Shown: positions 14,140-25,744 of the stretch, one piece after another | Position numbering within the stretch: position 1 is the first letter of the stretch | How the letters are laid out: every line of letters begins with the position of its first letter | Assembly (NCBI GenBank): GCA_012862495.1 | Contig: BLSG01000296.1 | Location: 39,660-102,225, forward strand | Direction of reading: 5' to 3' | DNA length: 62,566 bases | Origin: Thraustochytrium aureum | Lineage: Eukaryota | Notes under the pieces: generated by a model | Database searches by the model: none | The model's input: only the letters and a program-made list of their open reading frames with translations | Told to the model about the DNA's origin: nothing | Made by a program: the position numbers and the translations under genes

Positions 14140-15944
14140 TCAGCTCCCGCCAAGGTTGTCTGGTGGTCCTCGCCCCCCCTCGTCTCGCCCTTGTATCTCT
14201 TCAACCTGAACTTTGATCGCGGGGCCCGAGCCAGGCCCAGAAGCGTCTTGAGCACGCGCTGCCTCGGGCCGCTCGGCCTGCCGAAGCGCGGGCAATTCAA
14301 CCTGCTGCTGCGCGCTCGAAGTCGACGAGCTCGAAGTCAAGCCCGAGTTCGATGAGCTTGAATGCGGCAGCAACGCCGAGGTCGACGACGCGGTCGACGA
14401 GGGACGCAATACGAAGCCGGCGTACTGCCGCAGTCGATTTCTCGCGCCAACAGTGTGATCGTGGTCGGGGCCGAGGACTTGAAGCGAAATCTCGAACGAT
14501 TCTTGCATCTCGCGCCTTGCGAGGTCGACATCGCCCATCTTTTGGCGCAGAAGTGCGAGGTTGAAGAGAACGTCCGCAACCTCCGGGTGGCGCTCTCCAA
14601 AAACCCTGCGACGAATCTCCAGGGCACGGGTGTAGCTTTGAAGCGCGAGCTCAGTGTTTCCCTGCTGCTTGAAGATCCCGGCCCTGTTGGTGAGGTTTTG
14701 GGCCACGTAGGGGTGGTCCGGGCCGAGCACCGAGGTGGTGATCTCGTAGTCGCTCTCGAGGTGCTCGAGGGCCTCCTCGTGCTTGTCCTGCTGCTCAAGC
14801 ACGACGGCGATGTTGTGGAGCAGGCCCGCAACAGCGAGATGTCGGCCATTTGAGGCCGCTCGCTCGATCGCGAGCGCGCGGTTGTAGAACTCTAGCGCCT
14901 TGCTCAGATCGCCCTTGGTTTCATGCACAATGCCTAGGTTGTTGAGCGGGCCGGCGAGGCGCGGGTTGTCAGGGCCGAGCACCTCTTCGCGTATTTCCAA
15001 GTCGCGCTGGTGGAGCTCTTTAGCCTTGTCCAGAGACTTTAGCGCATAGTACACGTGGGCGAGCGCCTGCAAGATAGCTCCAACGCGAATGTGGCGACCG
15101 CCGAGGCGCGCCTCTGTCTCAGAGAGCGCAGGCTTGAGCATGTTGATGGCCTTCGAGTACCTTCCCTGCGTGGTGTGAAGCTCGGCCAAGCAGACCACGG
15201 ACTCGACAGTGTCAGGGTGCGTCTCGCCCAGGGCCGCCAACCTGATTTGATGGGCTCGTTTATGCCAGCTCAGGCTCTCGGAGTACTTGCCCTGCCGGTT
15301 GAGCACCTCGGCGATGCACTTGACCGTCTGAGCAAAGTCCCTGTGCCGTTCCCCCAGGGAATTCCTCTGCAGCTCGAGCGCGCTCTTGAGCGTCTCCATG
15401 GCTGGCGTGAGGTTGTCTCGTTGCACAAGCAGCGAGGCGAGCCCGACCATGCAGCGAGCGGCGTACTTGATATTTTTGGTCTGGCGGCTAATCTTGAGTG
15501 CGCGGTCGTACATGGCCTGGCTCTCTTCGAGCGCCCCCGTGGCTTCGGCGATCGTGCCGAGGGTTAAGCAGGCCTGTTCAGCGCACCCCTTCGCGGCTGA
15601 CGGTCCCTGGGCTGCGAGCCTAGAGCTCATGGCCAGCGCAGCTTCTGCTAGGTCCCGACCCGTGTCGTACTTTCCGAGGCAAAACTCGACGGCTCCGAGC
15701 TCTCGAAGCATCACAGCGGCTTGGATGGAATCCTCCCCATCTGCGACGGCCTTCTGGAGGCGAAGCGCGGCTTGGAGGTAAAACTGCGCGTGGTGCGGAA
15801 ACCCTTCCTTGTGCGCTGCCCACCCTATGCGTTGCATCACGCTGGCCACATCGAGCACCATATCTCGCCGCTGTCTGCGCTTTTCGGCGTGCCTTGCTCT
15901 GCGCGGCGCCACCGCCGTCGCCTCCGTCAGCACGGCGCTTCGGC
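14140..15944 (-). CDS. Tetratricopeptide-repeat protein (kinesin-light-chain/NPHP3-type 42-aa TPRs); 5' end in gap
   Basis: Repeated LGxxHPxVAxxLxNLAxxxxxQGxxxxAxxxxxRALEIR units (e.g. VFGERHPEVADVLFNLA, VLGPDHPYVAQNLTNRA) and a Ser-rich tail. Confidence 0.88.
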
Positions 15945-16864
15945 NNNNNNNNNNNNNNNNNNNNNNNNNNNNNNNNNNNNNNNNNNNNNNNNNNNNNNNN
16001 NNNNNNNNNNNNNNNNNNNNNNNNNNNNNNNNNNNNNNNNNNNNNNNNNNNNNNNNNNNNNNNNNNNNNNNNNNNNNNNNNNNNNNNNNNNNNNNNNNNN
16101 NNNNNNNNNNNNNNNNNNNNNNNNNNNNNNNNNNNNNNNNNNNNNNNNNNNNNNNNNNNNNNNNNNNNNNNNNNNNNNNNNNNNNNNNNNNNNNNNNNNN
16201 NNNNNNNNNNNNNNNNNNNNNNNNNNNNNNNNNNNNNNNNNNNNNNNNNNNNNNNNNNNNNNNNNNNNNNNNNNNNNNNNNNNNNNNNNNNNNNNNNNNN
16301 NNNNNNNNNNNNNNNNNNNNNNNNNNNNNNNNNNNNNNNNNNNNNNNNNNNNNNNNNNNNNNNNNNNNNNNNNNNNNNNNNNNNNNNNNNNNNNNNNNNN
16401 NNNNNNNNNNNNNNNNNNNNNNNNNNNNNNNNNNNNNNNNNNNNNNNNNNNNNNNNNNNNNNNNNNNNNNNNNNNNNNNNNNNNNNNNNNNNNNNNNNNN
16501 NNNNNNNNNNNNNNNNNNNNNNNNNNNNNNNNNNNNNNNNNNNNNNNNNNNNNNNNNNNNNNNNNNNNNNNNNNNNNNNNNNNNNNNNNNNNNNNNNNNN
16601 NNNNNNNNNNNNNNNNNNNNNNNNNNNNNNNNNNNNNNNNNNNNNNNNNNNNNNNNNNNNNNNNNNNNNNNNNNNNNNNNNNNNNNNNNNNNNNNNNNNN
16701 NNNNNNNNNNNNNNNNNNNNNNNNNNNNNNNNNNNNNGGGGCAGACACCAGAGCGGCCAGGAGCAGCGCAGTGCGGCTCGTGCAGGAAGCGAGTGGGGGC
16801 TGTGTTCTGGCGCGCCGAGCGATCGTCTGCGCTTAGTTGTTCGGCGGGCTTGGCGCTTGCCAGG

Positions 16865-17500
16865 ATGGGCCGCAAGCAGCGGAAGGACGCCGCGGAAGTG
16901 GAGGCCGAGCCCGTGCCCGAAGAGCCGGAAGTACTGCAGGCCAAGGTGATGGAGGCCGTGCCGGTCGAGCCGAGCGCGGACGTGGCCGTCGCTGCTGCGC
17001 AGGAGAAGCGCAAGTCCAGCAAGCGCAAGAGTGGGAGCCGCAAGGCCAAGCGCGGGTCCATTTTCGACGAGGTCGCGGACGCGTTGGTGCCCGAAACGGC
17101 CAAAAAGGCGCGGAGCAAGGCCAAGAGCGGCGCGGTGGTGGCCATCTACATCCACGCCTCGGTGTTCGGCTCGATCCTGTCCCTGCTGATGGGCATCAAC
17201 TTTTTGTCCATCCTGCTCACCAAGAACAAGTTCCCCTGGTCCCTGTACGTGCTTCTGGGGTGGGGCTCGTTCTTGGGGATGCACTTTGGAATCACCTGGA
17301 GCATCATGAAGGGCACAGGGTCGGGGACCGAAGAGCTGGACGAGATGGTCAAGGGCATCGTGGACGCCATTCTGTGGTTTATCAACTCGTTCTCCGGCCT
17401 TTTTATCAAGGGCTTCAACCCGTTCCCGACCAACTCGAGACTGGCGCGCCTGTACGACTACTTGATGCTGGGCGTGGAGCCTGACGAGGATGGCTTTTGA
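16865..17500 (+). CDS. Hypothetical membrane protein (Lys-rich N-terminus, about 2 hydrophobic helices)
   Basis: ATG 16865 (MGRKQRKD...) to TGA 17500, with GC3-rich codons. Hydrophobic segments are VVAIYIHASVFGSILSLLMGINFLSILL and WSLYVLLGWGSFLGMHFGITW. Confidence 0.72.
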   Translation: MGRKQRKDAAEVEAEPVPEEPEVLQAKVMEAVPVEPSADVAVAAAQEKRKSSKRKSGSRKAKRGSIFDEVADALVPETAKKARSKAKSGAVVAIYIHASVFGSILSLLMGINFLSILLTKNKFPWSLYVLLGWGSFLGMHFGITWSIMKGTGSGTEELDEMVKGIVDAILWFINSFSGLFIKGFNPFPTNSRLARLYDYLMLGVEPDEDGF

Positions 17501-17737
17501 GCGGGCCCCGCCGAGCTGTGCGCGCAGCGCGCGGGCGGCGGACGGAGGCGTCTTGAGCATATGCCGCCATTCACGTGCCGCCATTCACGTGCCGCCGGGC
17601 TTTGAGCATTACCTAATGAATCCCCATCTTCAGAGATATTCAGGTTTTCTTTAGAAAGAGCGAGCCTGGGCCGGCGTTCCTTCGAGCGAGCTCGCGCGCA
17701 GTTTGGGTCAGAGCGCAGCTCCTGCCGGTGGCTTGGT

Positions 17738-17805
17738 CGACGTGCGAGGTCTGCCGACGTGCGAGGTCTGCCGACGTGCGAGGTCTGCCGACGTGCGAGG
17801 TCCGC
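17738..17805. repeat. 17-bp minisatellite, 4 copies (CGACGTGCGAGGTCTGC)
   Basis: Copies start at 17738, 17755, 17772 and 17789; the last has one mismatch. Confidence 0.9.
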
Positions 17806-18177
17806 CGCCGTGCTCGCGACCCGATTCTTCTTCTACTCCACCAGATTCAGAAGACTGCAACGCGTTCTCTCTACCTACGAGCGGCTATCTCTAGCTAGNN
17901 NNNNNNNNNNNNNNNNNNNNNNNNNNNNNNNNNNNNNNNNNNNNNNNNNNNNNNNNNNNNNNNNNNNNNNNNNNNNNNNNNNNNNNNNNNNNNNNNNNNN
18001 NNNNNNNNNNNNNNNNNNNNNNNNNNNNNNNNNNNNNNNNNNNNNNNNNNNNNNNNNNNNNNNNNNNNNNNNNNNNNCTCTACTAGGGAGCAAGGGACAG
18101 GACAGGGGAGGGCAGGACAAGACAGGACAGCGTAGAGTACATCCGGTCACTCCGCAGAGCGACACAAGCCGCTCGGC

Positions 18178-19881
18178 TCACTCGCAGATGTCATCTTCGC
18201 TGAGGATAAAGTCCGCGGGCACCCGCCGAGCAGGACCGAGCGACTTGAGCGGCGAAGGAGAGGCAAAGAGGTTGCGCCGCACTGCCACATTCTCTTTCCC
18301 TGCACACGACTGGAGAGTTGCAGGGGCTTCCTGCTTCGCGGCGCGGCTGGGGTGCCCGCTCGAGCCATTCCCGGGGGTCCGCTTGGCGGTTAAGCCGCCG
18401 CGCGACCCGCCTTTCTTCGCGGGGTCCAGCACTCCAAGCGTGCCAGGAGCCCCGCGCCCTCGGGCCGCCGCCACCTTGGGGGTCATCAGAGTACGGATCC
18501 CGTCCGCGGCGCAGGGACCCGCGTGCCGGTTGTGCGCCCTCGAGGTGGACACCGGGGGACGCGAAGCGCGCCCTCGCTGCACCGGGGTCTTGGCAGCGCG
18601 CTGATTGGCGCCCATGCCGTCGCTGTCAGGCCCCAGGGTGGAGCCGCCAACCGCTGCCGCTCGCGCAGCCCGCTGGGCGGACGCCGGGGCAACAACGCAT
18701 GCATCAGCCGCTGACGCGACGCCTTCCTCCAGCGATCGGACCTGGTCCTCTAACTGTCTCACACGACGCAGCGCGGCGCGCTCGGACTGCTGCGCGCGCT
18801 CGACGATCGCCTCGCTGCTGGAGCGCATGTGGCGCATCTCCTCTTCGCAGGCAGCCAGCTTTTGCTCCAAAGAGGCGATGACCGACTTGAGGTCGCGCTC
18901 GCGGTCTGCGAAGGAGCGCGTGACCTGCCTCTCCCAGACCAGCATCTTGTCTTTCATGAGGTGAATCTTGGTCGGGCCGTAGTTGAGGAGCTGCGCGACG
19001 TTGGGCCGGTCGCGCGGGTCCCGCTTGAGCATGCGCTGCACAACAAAGTGCAGGTCGCTGCTGTACCGCGAGGGCAGCGGCTTGAACTGGGCCTTGACAA
19101 TCCGCTTCGCGAGTGCGATTGGGTTCTTCGCCAGGAACGGCGGCCGCAAGCAGGCCATCTGGTAGATGAGGCACCCGAGCGCCCACACGTCGCTGCGCGC
19201 GTCGTACAGGTCGCCGCGGCACAGCTCCGGGCTAAAGTACAGGGGGGTGCCCACGGTGCTGTTGGCGTGGCGCGACTGCGAGCTCAGGAGCCGGCCAAGG
19301 CCCAGGTCGCCGACCTTGACGCGAGCGTGGTCGTCCAGAAAGATGTTTTCTGGCTTGATGTCCCGGTGCAGAATGCGGTTCTTGTGCAGGTGGTCGAGCG
19401 CGAGGCAGATCTGCACGAACACTTGCCAAATGTACGCCTCAGAGAAGCACTCGCCGGCTTCGCGTGTCTCCTTGACCAGCCTGCCCAAGTCGCCGCCGGG
19501 GCAGTACTCCATGACCATGTTGAGGTTGCCTTCCTCGATGAACGAGACGTGGTGCTTGACGATGTTTTCGTGCTCGTCGATCGAGAGCATGAGGTGAGCC
19601 TCTTTGGTCGTTTCCTCCTGCTCTTCCTTGGTGAGCCCTTCGAGCCGCACCTGTTTGAGGACGAGCTCCTGCCCCGCGCCTGCGCCCTCGCCTAGCTCGC
19701 GAACCTTGTACACGTGCCCGTACGTGCCGACGCCGATTTCTTCGAGGATTTCGTAGCCCGGAACGCGGGGCGTCAGGTCGAGCCCCGACACGCGCAACTC
19801 GCGCGGGCTCCGCGGCGCGCCCAGCGACTCCTCAACGAGATGGCTGACCCCGAGGCCCCGCTCGAGCGTCCAGCCGTCCCG
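18178..19881 (-). CDS. NIMA-related (NEK) Ser/Thr kinase with C-terminal coiled coil; start in gap
   Basis: Motifs IGVGTYG, VLKQV, MVMEYCPGGDL, HRDIKPENIF, VGDLGLGR, VGTPLYFSPE and SDVWALGC. The frame stays open to the gap at 19881. Confidence 0.92.
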   Translation of the reverse strand, partial: RDGWTLERGLGVSHLVEESLGAPRSPRELRVSGLDLTPRVPGYEILEEIGVGTYGHVYKVRELGEGAGAGQELVLKQVRLEGLTKEEQEETTKEAHLMLSIDEHENIVKHHVSFIEEGNLNMVMEYCPGGDLGRLVKETREAGECFSEAYIWQVFVQICLALDHLHKNRILHRDIKPENIFLDDHARVKVGDLGLGRLLSSQSRHANSTVGTPLYFSPELCRGDLYDARSDVWALGCLIYQMACLRPPFLAKNPIALAKRIVKAQFKPLPSRYSSDLHFVVQRMLKRDPRDRPNVAQLLNYGPTKIHLMKDKMLVWERQVTRSFADRERDLKSVIASLEQKLAACEEEMRHMRSSSEAIVERAQQSERAALRRVRQLEDQVRSLEEGVASAADACVVAPASAQRAARAAAVGGSTLGPDSDGMGANQRAAKTPVQRGRASRPPVSTSRAHNRHAGPCAADGIRTLMTPKVAAARGRGAPGTLGVLDPAKKGGSRGGLTAKRTPGNGSSGHPSRAAKQEAPATLQSCAGKENVAVRRNLFASPSPLKSLGPARRVPADFILSEDDICE

Positions 19882-20376
19882 NNNNNNNNNNNNNNNNNNN
19901 NNNNNNNNNNNNNNNNNNNNNNNNNNNNNNNNNNNNNNNNNNNNNNNNNNNNNNNNNNNNNNNNNNNNNNNNNNNNNNNNNNNNNNNNNNNNNNNNNNNN
20001 NNNNNNNNNNNNNNNNNNNNNNNNNNNNNNNNNNNNNNNNNNNNNNNNNNNNNNNNNNNNNNNNNNNNNNNNNNNNNNNNNNNNNNNNNNNNNNNNNNNN
20101 NNNNNNNNNNNNNNNNNNNNNNNNNNNNNNNNNNNNNNNNNNNNNNNNNNNNNNNNNNNNNNNNNNNNNNNNNNNNNNNNNNNNNNNNNNNNNNNNNNNN
20201 NNNNNNNNNNNNNNNNNNNNNNNNNNNNNNNNNNNNNNNNNNNNNNNNNNNNNNNNNNNNNNNNNNNNNNNNNNNNNNNNNNNNNNNNNNNNNNNNNNNN
20301 NNNNNNNNNNNNNNNNNNNNNNNNNNNNNNNNNNNNNNNNNNNNNNNNNNNNNNNNNNNNNNNNNNNNAGATCGAG

Positions 20377-21915
20377 ATGCCGGCGCCGCAGCTGGGGGCG
20401 GTTGCTGCGCGCCGCGGCGGGAGCCGGAAGGGAGGGGACGGGCCGCGGGTGATCGGTTGGAGCTCGCCGCGGGAGGAGCGCAGTGAAAGGTCGCGCGCCC
20501 CCGCAGTGCTGCGAGACACCACGAATGTCGCGGAGGAGGATCCAATGGAGGCCGCAAAGGGAGCTGGTCAGAAACGCTCAGAGTCCTCGGCGCGACGACA
20601 CGCACTGCAGCTGCCAGACATTTCGGCCGAGAGCGCCCTTGCAGAGCAATGCGCGATGCCGCTGCGCGACTACCAGGCCCGGATCGTAGACGAGGTTGAT
20701 TCTGCTCAAGGCAACACGATGATATACCTCCCCACGGGCGGCGGGAAAACCGTGCTCGCGGGGCACCTGGTCCGGCGGCTCCTCGCTCGACACCCGGGGA
20801 CCAGCTGCCTCTTCGTGGTGAACCGTTGTGCGCTTGTGGAGCAGACCGCCCGCACCTTTGAAAAGTGCGGGCTGCAGTTTGGCTTTATCAAGTCCCAAAG
20901 GGCGCGCAACCCCGCGGCGCCAGTCCAGATCGCCTCAATCCAAACGCTTTTCAGCCGCAAGCAGCTCCGAGCGCTCGCCGCGCTGCCTGCCTTCGAGCTC
21001 ATCGTCGTCGACGAGGCCCATTGTATGGTGGCAGAGCAGTACCAGGCTCTAGCAGCGCGATTTTCCAGGTCGCGAGTGGTCGGGCTCACCGCGACGCCCT
21101 TCAGGCGCTGTAAAGACGAGTCCCTCGCCGAGCACTTTGGTGTGCTCGTCAAGGGCCGTCCGTGTCCGAGATGATCCGGCGCGGCTATCTGGCGCGGCCG
21201 CTCGTGTTCGCCCCCTCGACCGCGCCGCGCTGCTCCATCAACGCCAACTTGGTGCACAAGGACGGTTTCCTGGACGCCGCAGTGCGCCGCTGGAAAACTC
21301 GCTGTGCGAAGATGCGCACCATCGCCTTTTGCCATACGATCAAGCAGTCGCGCGCCTTTGTCGAGAAGCTGCGCGCCGCTGGGGTGCGCGCAGAGCACAT
21401 CGACGGTAAGACCGCGGAGCGAGAGCGCAGCGGCCTCTTCGCGCAGCTCGACGAGCACGAGATAGACGTCCTCTGCTCGGTCGGCGTCCTGAGCGAGGGA
21501 TTTGACCTCCAGACGATCCAGGCCGTCATGCTACTGCGCCCGACTACGTCGCGCGGCCTCTACATTCAGCAAATCGGCCGCGGGCTTCGCCCCCACGCGG
21601 TCAAGGAGTATTGCATCGTGCTCGACGAGGTCGGCAACGTTTATCGGCCACGGGCCGGTGGACGGGCCCATCGGCTTTGAGTGGGAGGATAGCGCGGGCG
21701 CGGACGCTGCCGCGCCAATCGAGGGCGCTGAGAGGTCGGTCGCCGCTGTTCCCTTCCACCGGATGGTCAAGCTCTGCGCCACCAAAGGCTGCGACGCGGT
21801 TCTCCACCGCAGACTTGCTGAGAAGCGATGCGCGATCTGCACGGCGCGGCGGTGCCAACAGGCCGCAGAAGTTGTCGAGCTTGGCGACATGCTCGATACC
21901 AAACTGCGGCTCTGA
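20377..21915 (+). CDS. SF2 DExH helicase, RadD/YejH/IRC3 (ResIII-like) type, with C-terminal Cys cluster; two frameshifts
   Basis: Motifs LRDYQ, PTGGGKT, IVVDEAH, GLTATP, LSEGFD, LLRPTTSRGLYIQQIGRGLR and a C-terminal CxxxxC..CxxC. Indels lie near 21157 and 21645. Confidence 0.85.
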
Positions 21916-22053
21916 TCGTGGAACGCAAGTCGCGCGCTTTCCCCAAAGAACCCGGAGGCGCAACGTACTCGATAGACCTATTTGTTGCCGCCCCCAAAAA
22001 ATACGCCACATACCTACCGACGCTGAGCGCAGAAGGGCCACACTCTTGCGCGG

Positions 22054-23951
22054 TCAAGCGTCGTTGCCCGGCTTGCAGCGCGGTTCGGCCAACCTCACTC
22101 GCGCCTTGGCCGCCACCCGAGCAAGAGGCTGCGATGCTTGCTGCACGCCCTCGCTCGACGCTGCGGAAAGCGCAGCGCACCAGTGGCCGCGCGCGAAGAG
22201 CCAGCGCGCCATTTTGAGGACCGGTTTAGAGTCAAACGTCCCCGGAGGGCGAGTCTCAAAGCAGGCCAGCGCGGCTTGGAGAACGCCCTCGTCCGCGCTA
22301 AGAGTCTGCGGGATGTCCCACTTGATGAGGTCAAAGAACTCAAAGTCAAAGCTCGCGAGCTTGAGCAGTGCAACGAGACCGCTTGGGCTCAGCGCGCGGA
22401 GAATCGCGCGGCGCGCCTCGCGATCAAGCTCCAGCCAGCCGCGCAGGCCGTCGAAATCGGATATGCCAAAGCCTCGACCAAGCAGCCGGGCCAAGCAACT
22501 GGGGAGGAGCCCGGGGCGGCCGCGCGCGGCGCAGGTGGGCTCCACGAGGTATGCGCTCACAGAGAAGGCCTCGTCGTAGCGCTCCGTGTGCCATGCAGAG
22601 ACGGGGACATTCAGCCCATTCCTGTTGAGCGTTGCGCGCAGGACATCCTCCAGCACGAAAGGGTCCAAGCAGCAGGACACGCACCCCGCCGCGCCGTGGG
22701 CGTCAAGACCAGGCACGCCGAGCTGCCACGCCGCTGGGTCGTGCCGAGAGTCGACCATTTTGTCGCCGCAGAGGAGGAGCCGCGGCTGCGAGCAGCTCCC
22801 GACGAGCGCGCGGAGCGCGCGCAGGCCAACCGAGGAAGCAGGGCGACCCCGGGCTCGCCATGCAGCGGGTCGAGCCCGTCCAAGGCGCGACCGAGCGCGG
22901 GCTCAAAGTCCAGCTCGAGCGAGTTGGTGTCAGGGACGGGCCCGCTCGGCGAGTTGCGCGACCAGCACGTCGCGACGGCGCGCTCGAGCGGGGCTACGTG
23001 GCTGCGCCTGCGCACCACCTCTGGGGGCAACGAGTCGAGCACGTAATTGCAAACGACAGCGAGGGGCGCCCCGTCGAGCTCGACGCTGTCGCCTGACCCA
23101 ACAAGGTCAAGCCGCCGCCAACAGGGCGCTTCGGCTGCCTGGGAGAGGTCGAGCACCGCGCAGTCGAGAAAGCCGGCGCGGACAAGGCGCAGAAACCGCG
23201 GGTCTGCGAGGTGACTCCTCATAATCGAGTCGTGGAAATCCGTCATGATCACCTTCGGCCCCTGAGTGGCGTCGCCGCCCCACTCGCGCTCGAGCTGCAG
23301 GGCAAGCCGCAGGGCAAAGCAGCCGTGGCCAGCCCCGAGGTCGAGGACGAGACACCGGGGCGACGCGGGATCCCGCTCGCGCGCGTCTCGAGCGAATGCG
23401 GCGACCGCCCGTGCCACCACTTGTGCGGCGAACGCGCTGGACGATATGCCGAAGGGGACGTCGTTCCCGGTCCACGCGCGCGCACCTCGCTCTGCATAGT
23501 ACCTCTCGCTGCGGGCCCAGACGATGCTCGAGCTCAGGGGCTCGCGCTCTTGCAGCGGCGCCTTGCCCGGTCGGCGCCGGCGCCGGGCCCGCCCTGCTCT
23601 GCCACGCTCGTCCAAGGAGCGGGGGTCAGCGCAAGCGTCCTCGACCTTGACGCGTTTCGGCGCGGGCCCGTGCTGTCCCGTTTCGAGCGCGTCCGCCCTG
23701 CCTACCCGCGCAAGCTCCTCGCGCAGGAGCCTGCGCTCCCTGTCCGTCGCGCAGTCGTGCGCAAGCCGGCACCTGCGCAGGAACGCCTTGCCGTCCAGCG
23801 TTGCGCCGAGCGCCTCGAGCGCGTCAGCTCCGCCGGCCGCCTCGCCGGCCAGCCGCCACAGCATCACCAGCCGCCGCAGAGGCGCATGCCTGCCCGAAGC
23901 TTTGACGGCTGCCAGAGCGACCTCCGCGAGGCCGTCCTCCGCGTCCACCAT
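22054..23951 (-). CDS. Putative class I SAM-dependent methyltransferase-like protein; frameshift near 22760
   Basis: Motif I VLDLGAGHG, then VIMTDF and VCNYVLDSLP. ORFs 22611-23951 and 22054-22758 join at a T/A homopolymer. Confidence 0.65.
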
Positions 23952-24733
23952 CGCCTGTGCCCCGCCCGCGCGTTGCGAGCGAGCAAGCGAGCTAGCGCGC
24001 GGGGCATGGAGGCCTGCTANNNNNNNNNNNNNNNNNNNNNNNNNNNNNNNNNNNNNNNNNNNNNNNNNNNNNNNNNNNNNNNNNNNNNNNNNNNNNNNNN
24101 NNNNNNNNNNNNNNNNNNNNNNNNNNNNNNNNNNNNNNNNNNNNNNNNNNNNNNNNNNNNNNNNNNNNNNNNNNNNNNNNNNNNNNNNNNNNNNNNNNNN
24201 NNNNNNNNNNNNNNNNNNNNNNNNNNNNNNNNNNNNNNNNNNNNNNNNNNNNNNNNNNNNNNNNNNNNNNNNNNNNNNNNNNNNNNNNNNNNNNNNNNNN
24301 NNNNNNNNNNNNNNNNNNNNNNNNNNNNNNNNNNNNNNNNNNNNNNNNNNNNNNNNNNNNNNNNNNNNNNNNNNNNNNNNNNNNNNNNNNNNNNNNNNNN
24401 NNNNNNNNNNNNNNNNNNNNNNNNNNNNNNNNNNNNNNNNNNNNNNNNNNNNNNNNNNNNNNNNNNNNNNNNNNNNNNNNNNNNNNNNNNNNNNNNNNNN
24501 NNNNNNNNNNNNNNNNNNNNNNNNNNNNNNNNNNNNNNNNNNNNNNNNNNNNNNNNNNNNNNNNNNNNNNNNNNNNNNNNNNNNNNNNNNNNNNNNNNNN
24601 NNNNNNNNNNNNNNNNNNNNNNNNNNNNNNNNNNNNNNNNNNNNNNNNNNNNNNNNNNNNNNNNNNNNNNNNNNNNNNNNNNNNNNNNNNNNNNNNNNNN
24701 NNNNNNNNNNNNNNNNNNNNNNNNNNNNNNNNN

Positions 24734-25402
24734 NGCGACGACCGCGTGTACTTTAACGAGCAGATTCGCGCGCTGGACCGGACCTACCACAAGTGGTGCT
24801 TCAAGTGCACCGAGTGCAACAAGACGATCGAGCAGGGCAAGCAGTCCGTGCATAACAACGACCCGTTCTGCCAGACGTGCTACTCCAAGTCGTACGGGCC
24901 TCGAGGGGTAAGTTGCATGATTGCGCGTCGTGACCGGCAGCAGGGCGCCTCGCAGAGACTTTGCGCGAGCTGACGTAGCACTCTCGGCCGCGGATAGTAC
25001 GGATATGGCGTTGGTGCAGGCATTATGAGCGGTAACTACGACGGCAAGACGCCCACCAAGGCCGTCGCTGTGCCCCAAAAGAAAGGCGCCGCCGAGGCGC
25101 CAAAGCGGTCGTCGCTGCGCAACTCGCTGCGCAACTCGCTGCGCAACTCGATGCGCAAGTCCCGCAAGGTGCCCATCCCGGACGAAATCCCCGACGTCTC
25201 GGAGACGGACAGCGAAGCCACCTACGAGGTCGAGACCAAGCGGTCCTCGCTCAAGCCTGCGGCCTCCACGGCGGCAGAGCAGGACGACGAGGCCGACTAC
25301 GTCGCGAATGCCATCAACAAGATCGCAGACGTCATGTCGGGCGCCGAGGACTCGGAGAGCCAGCCAGCCGACGACAAGGACGACGACGGCGAGGAGTGGT
25401 GA
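24734..25402 (+). CDS. LIM-domain protein, CRP/CRIP type, with acidic tail; 5' end in gap; one intron
   Basis: YHKWCFKCTECNK..PFCQTCYSKSYGPRG is spliced to YGYGVGAG, the Gly-rich motif that follows LIM domains in CRPs. It continues in frame into ORF 25025-25402. Confidence 0.85.
24908..24997 (+). other. Spliceosomal intron (90 nt) in LIM gene
   Basis: GTAAGT donor, GCTGAC branch site at ~24969 and TAG acceptor. Removal restores YGPRG-YGYG. Confidence 0.85.
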
Positions 25403-25744
25403 GCGGCATGGGCCAAGCAGGTCACTGCCTGCTGTGATACCTGTAGGTCGGTCGGCGATTCAGAGCTGACGAGGCTGGGCGCGGCGTGCGGCGCTGTGCG
25501 TGACGAGAATAATAAAGATACATCTTTTTTTGGTCCTTCGCTCAGCAGGCCGTCCGCGGCGCTCGGTCCCGCACTGACGGCGCTTCAGGCCTGGATGCAC
25601 CTGCTGCAGGGCCGTCGAGCTGGCGGTGATTCGTGATCTTCGACAAGCCTTGAGAAAGCCAGAGGACTCGCGTCCAACCCCTGGAGTATCGCTCAAACCG
25701 CTGCGTCGGCCGGAGGTTGGCCCCGCGGGCCTGTCTCTCTAAAG

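Noticed and set aside
14140..17145. 1001-aa ORF and other ORFs running through N-gaps
   Set aside because: These are artefacts of translating Ns. The part beyond the gap is the antisense of the 16865-17500 gene.
20377..23951. Type III restriction-modification pair (ResIII helicase + methyltransferase)
   Set aside because: The genes are convergent, no nuclease domain is visible, and the MTase-like protein lacks a DPPY/NPPY motif.
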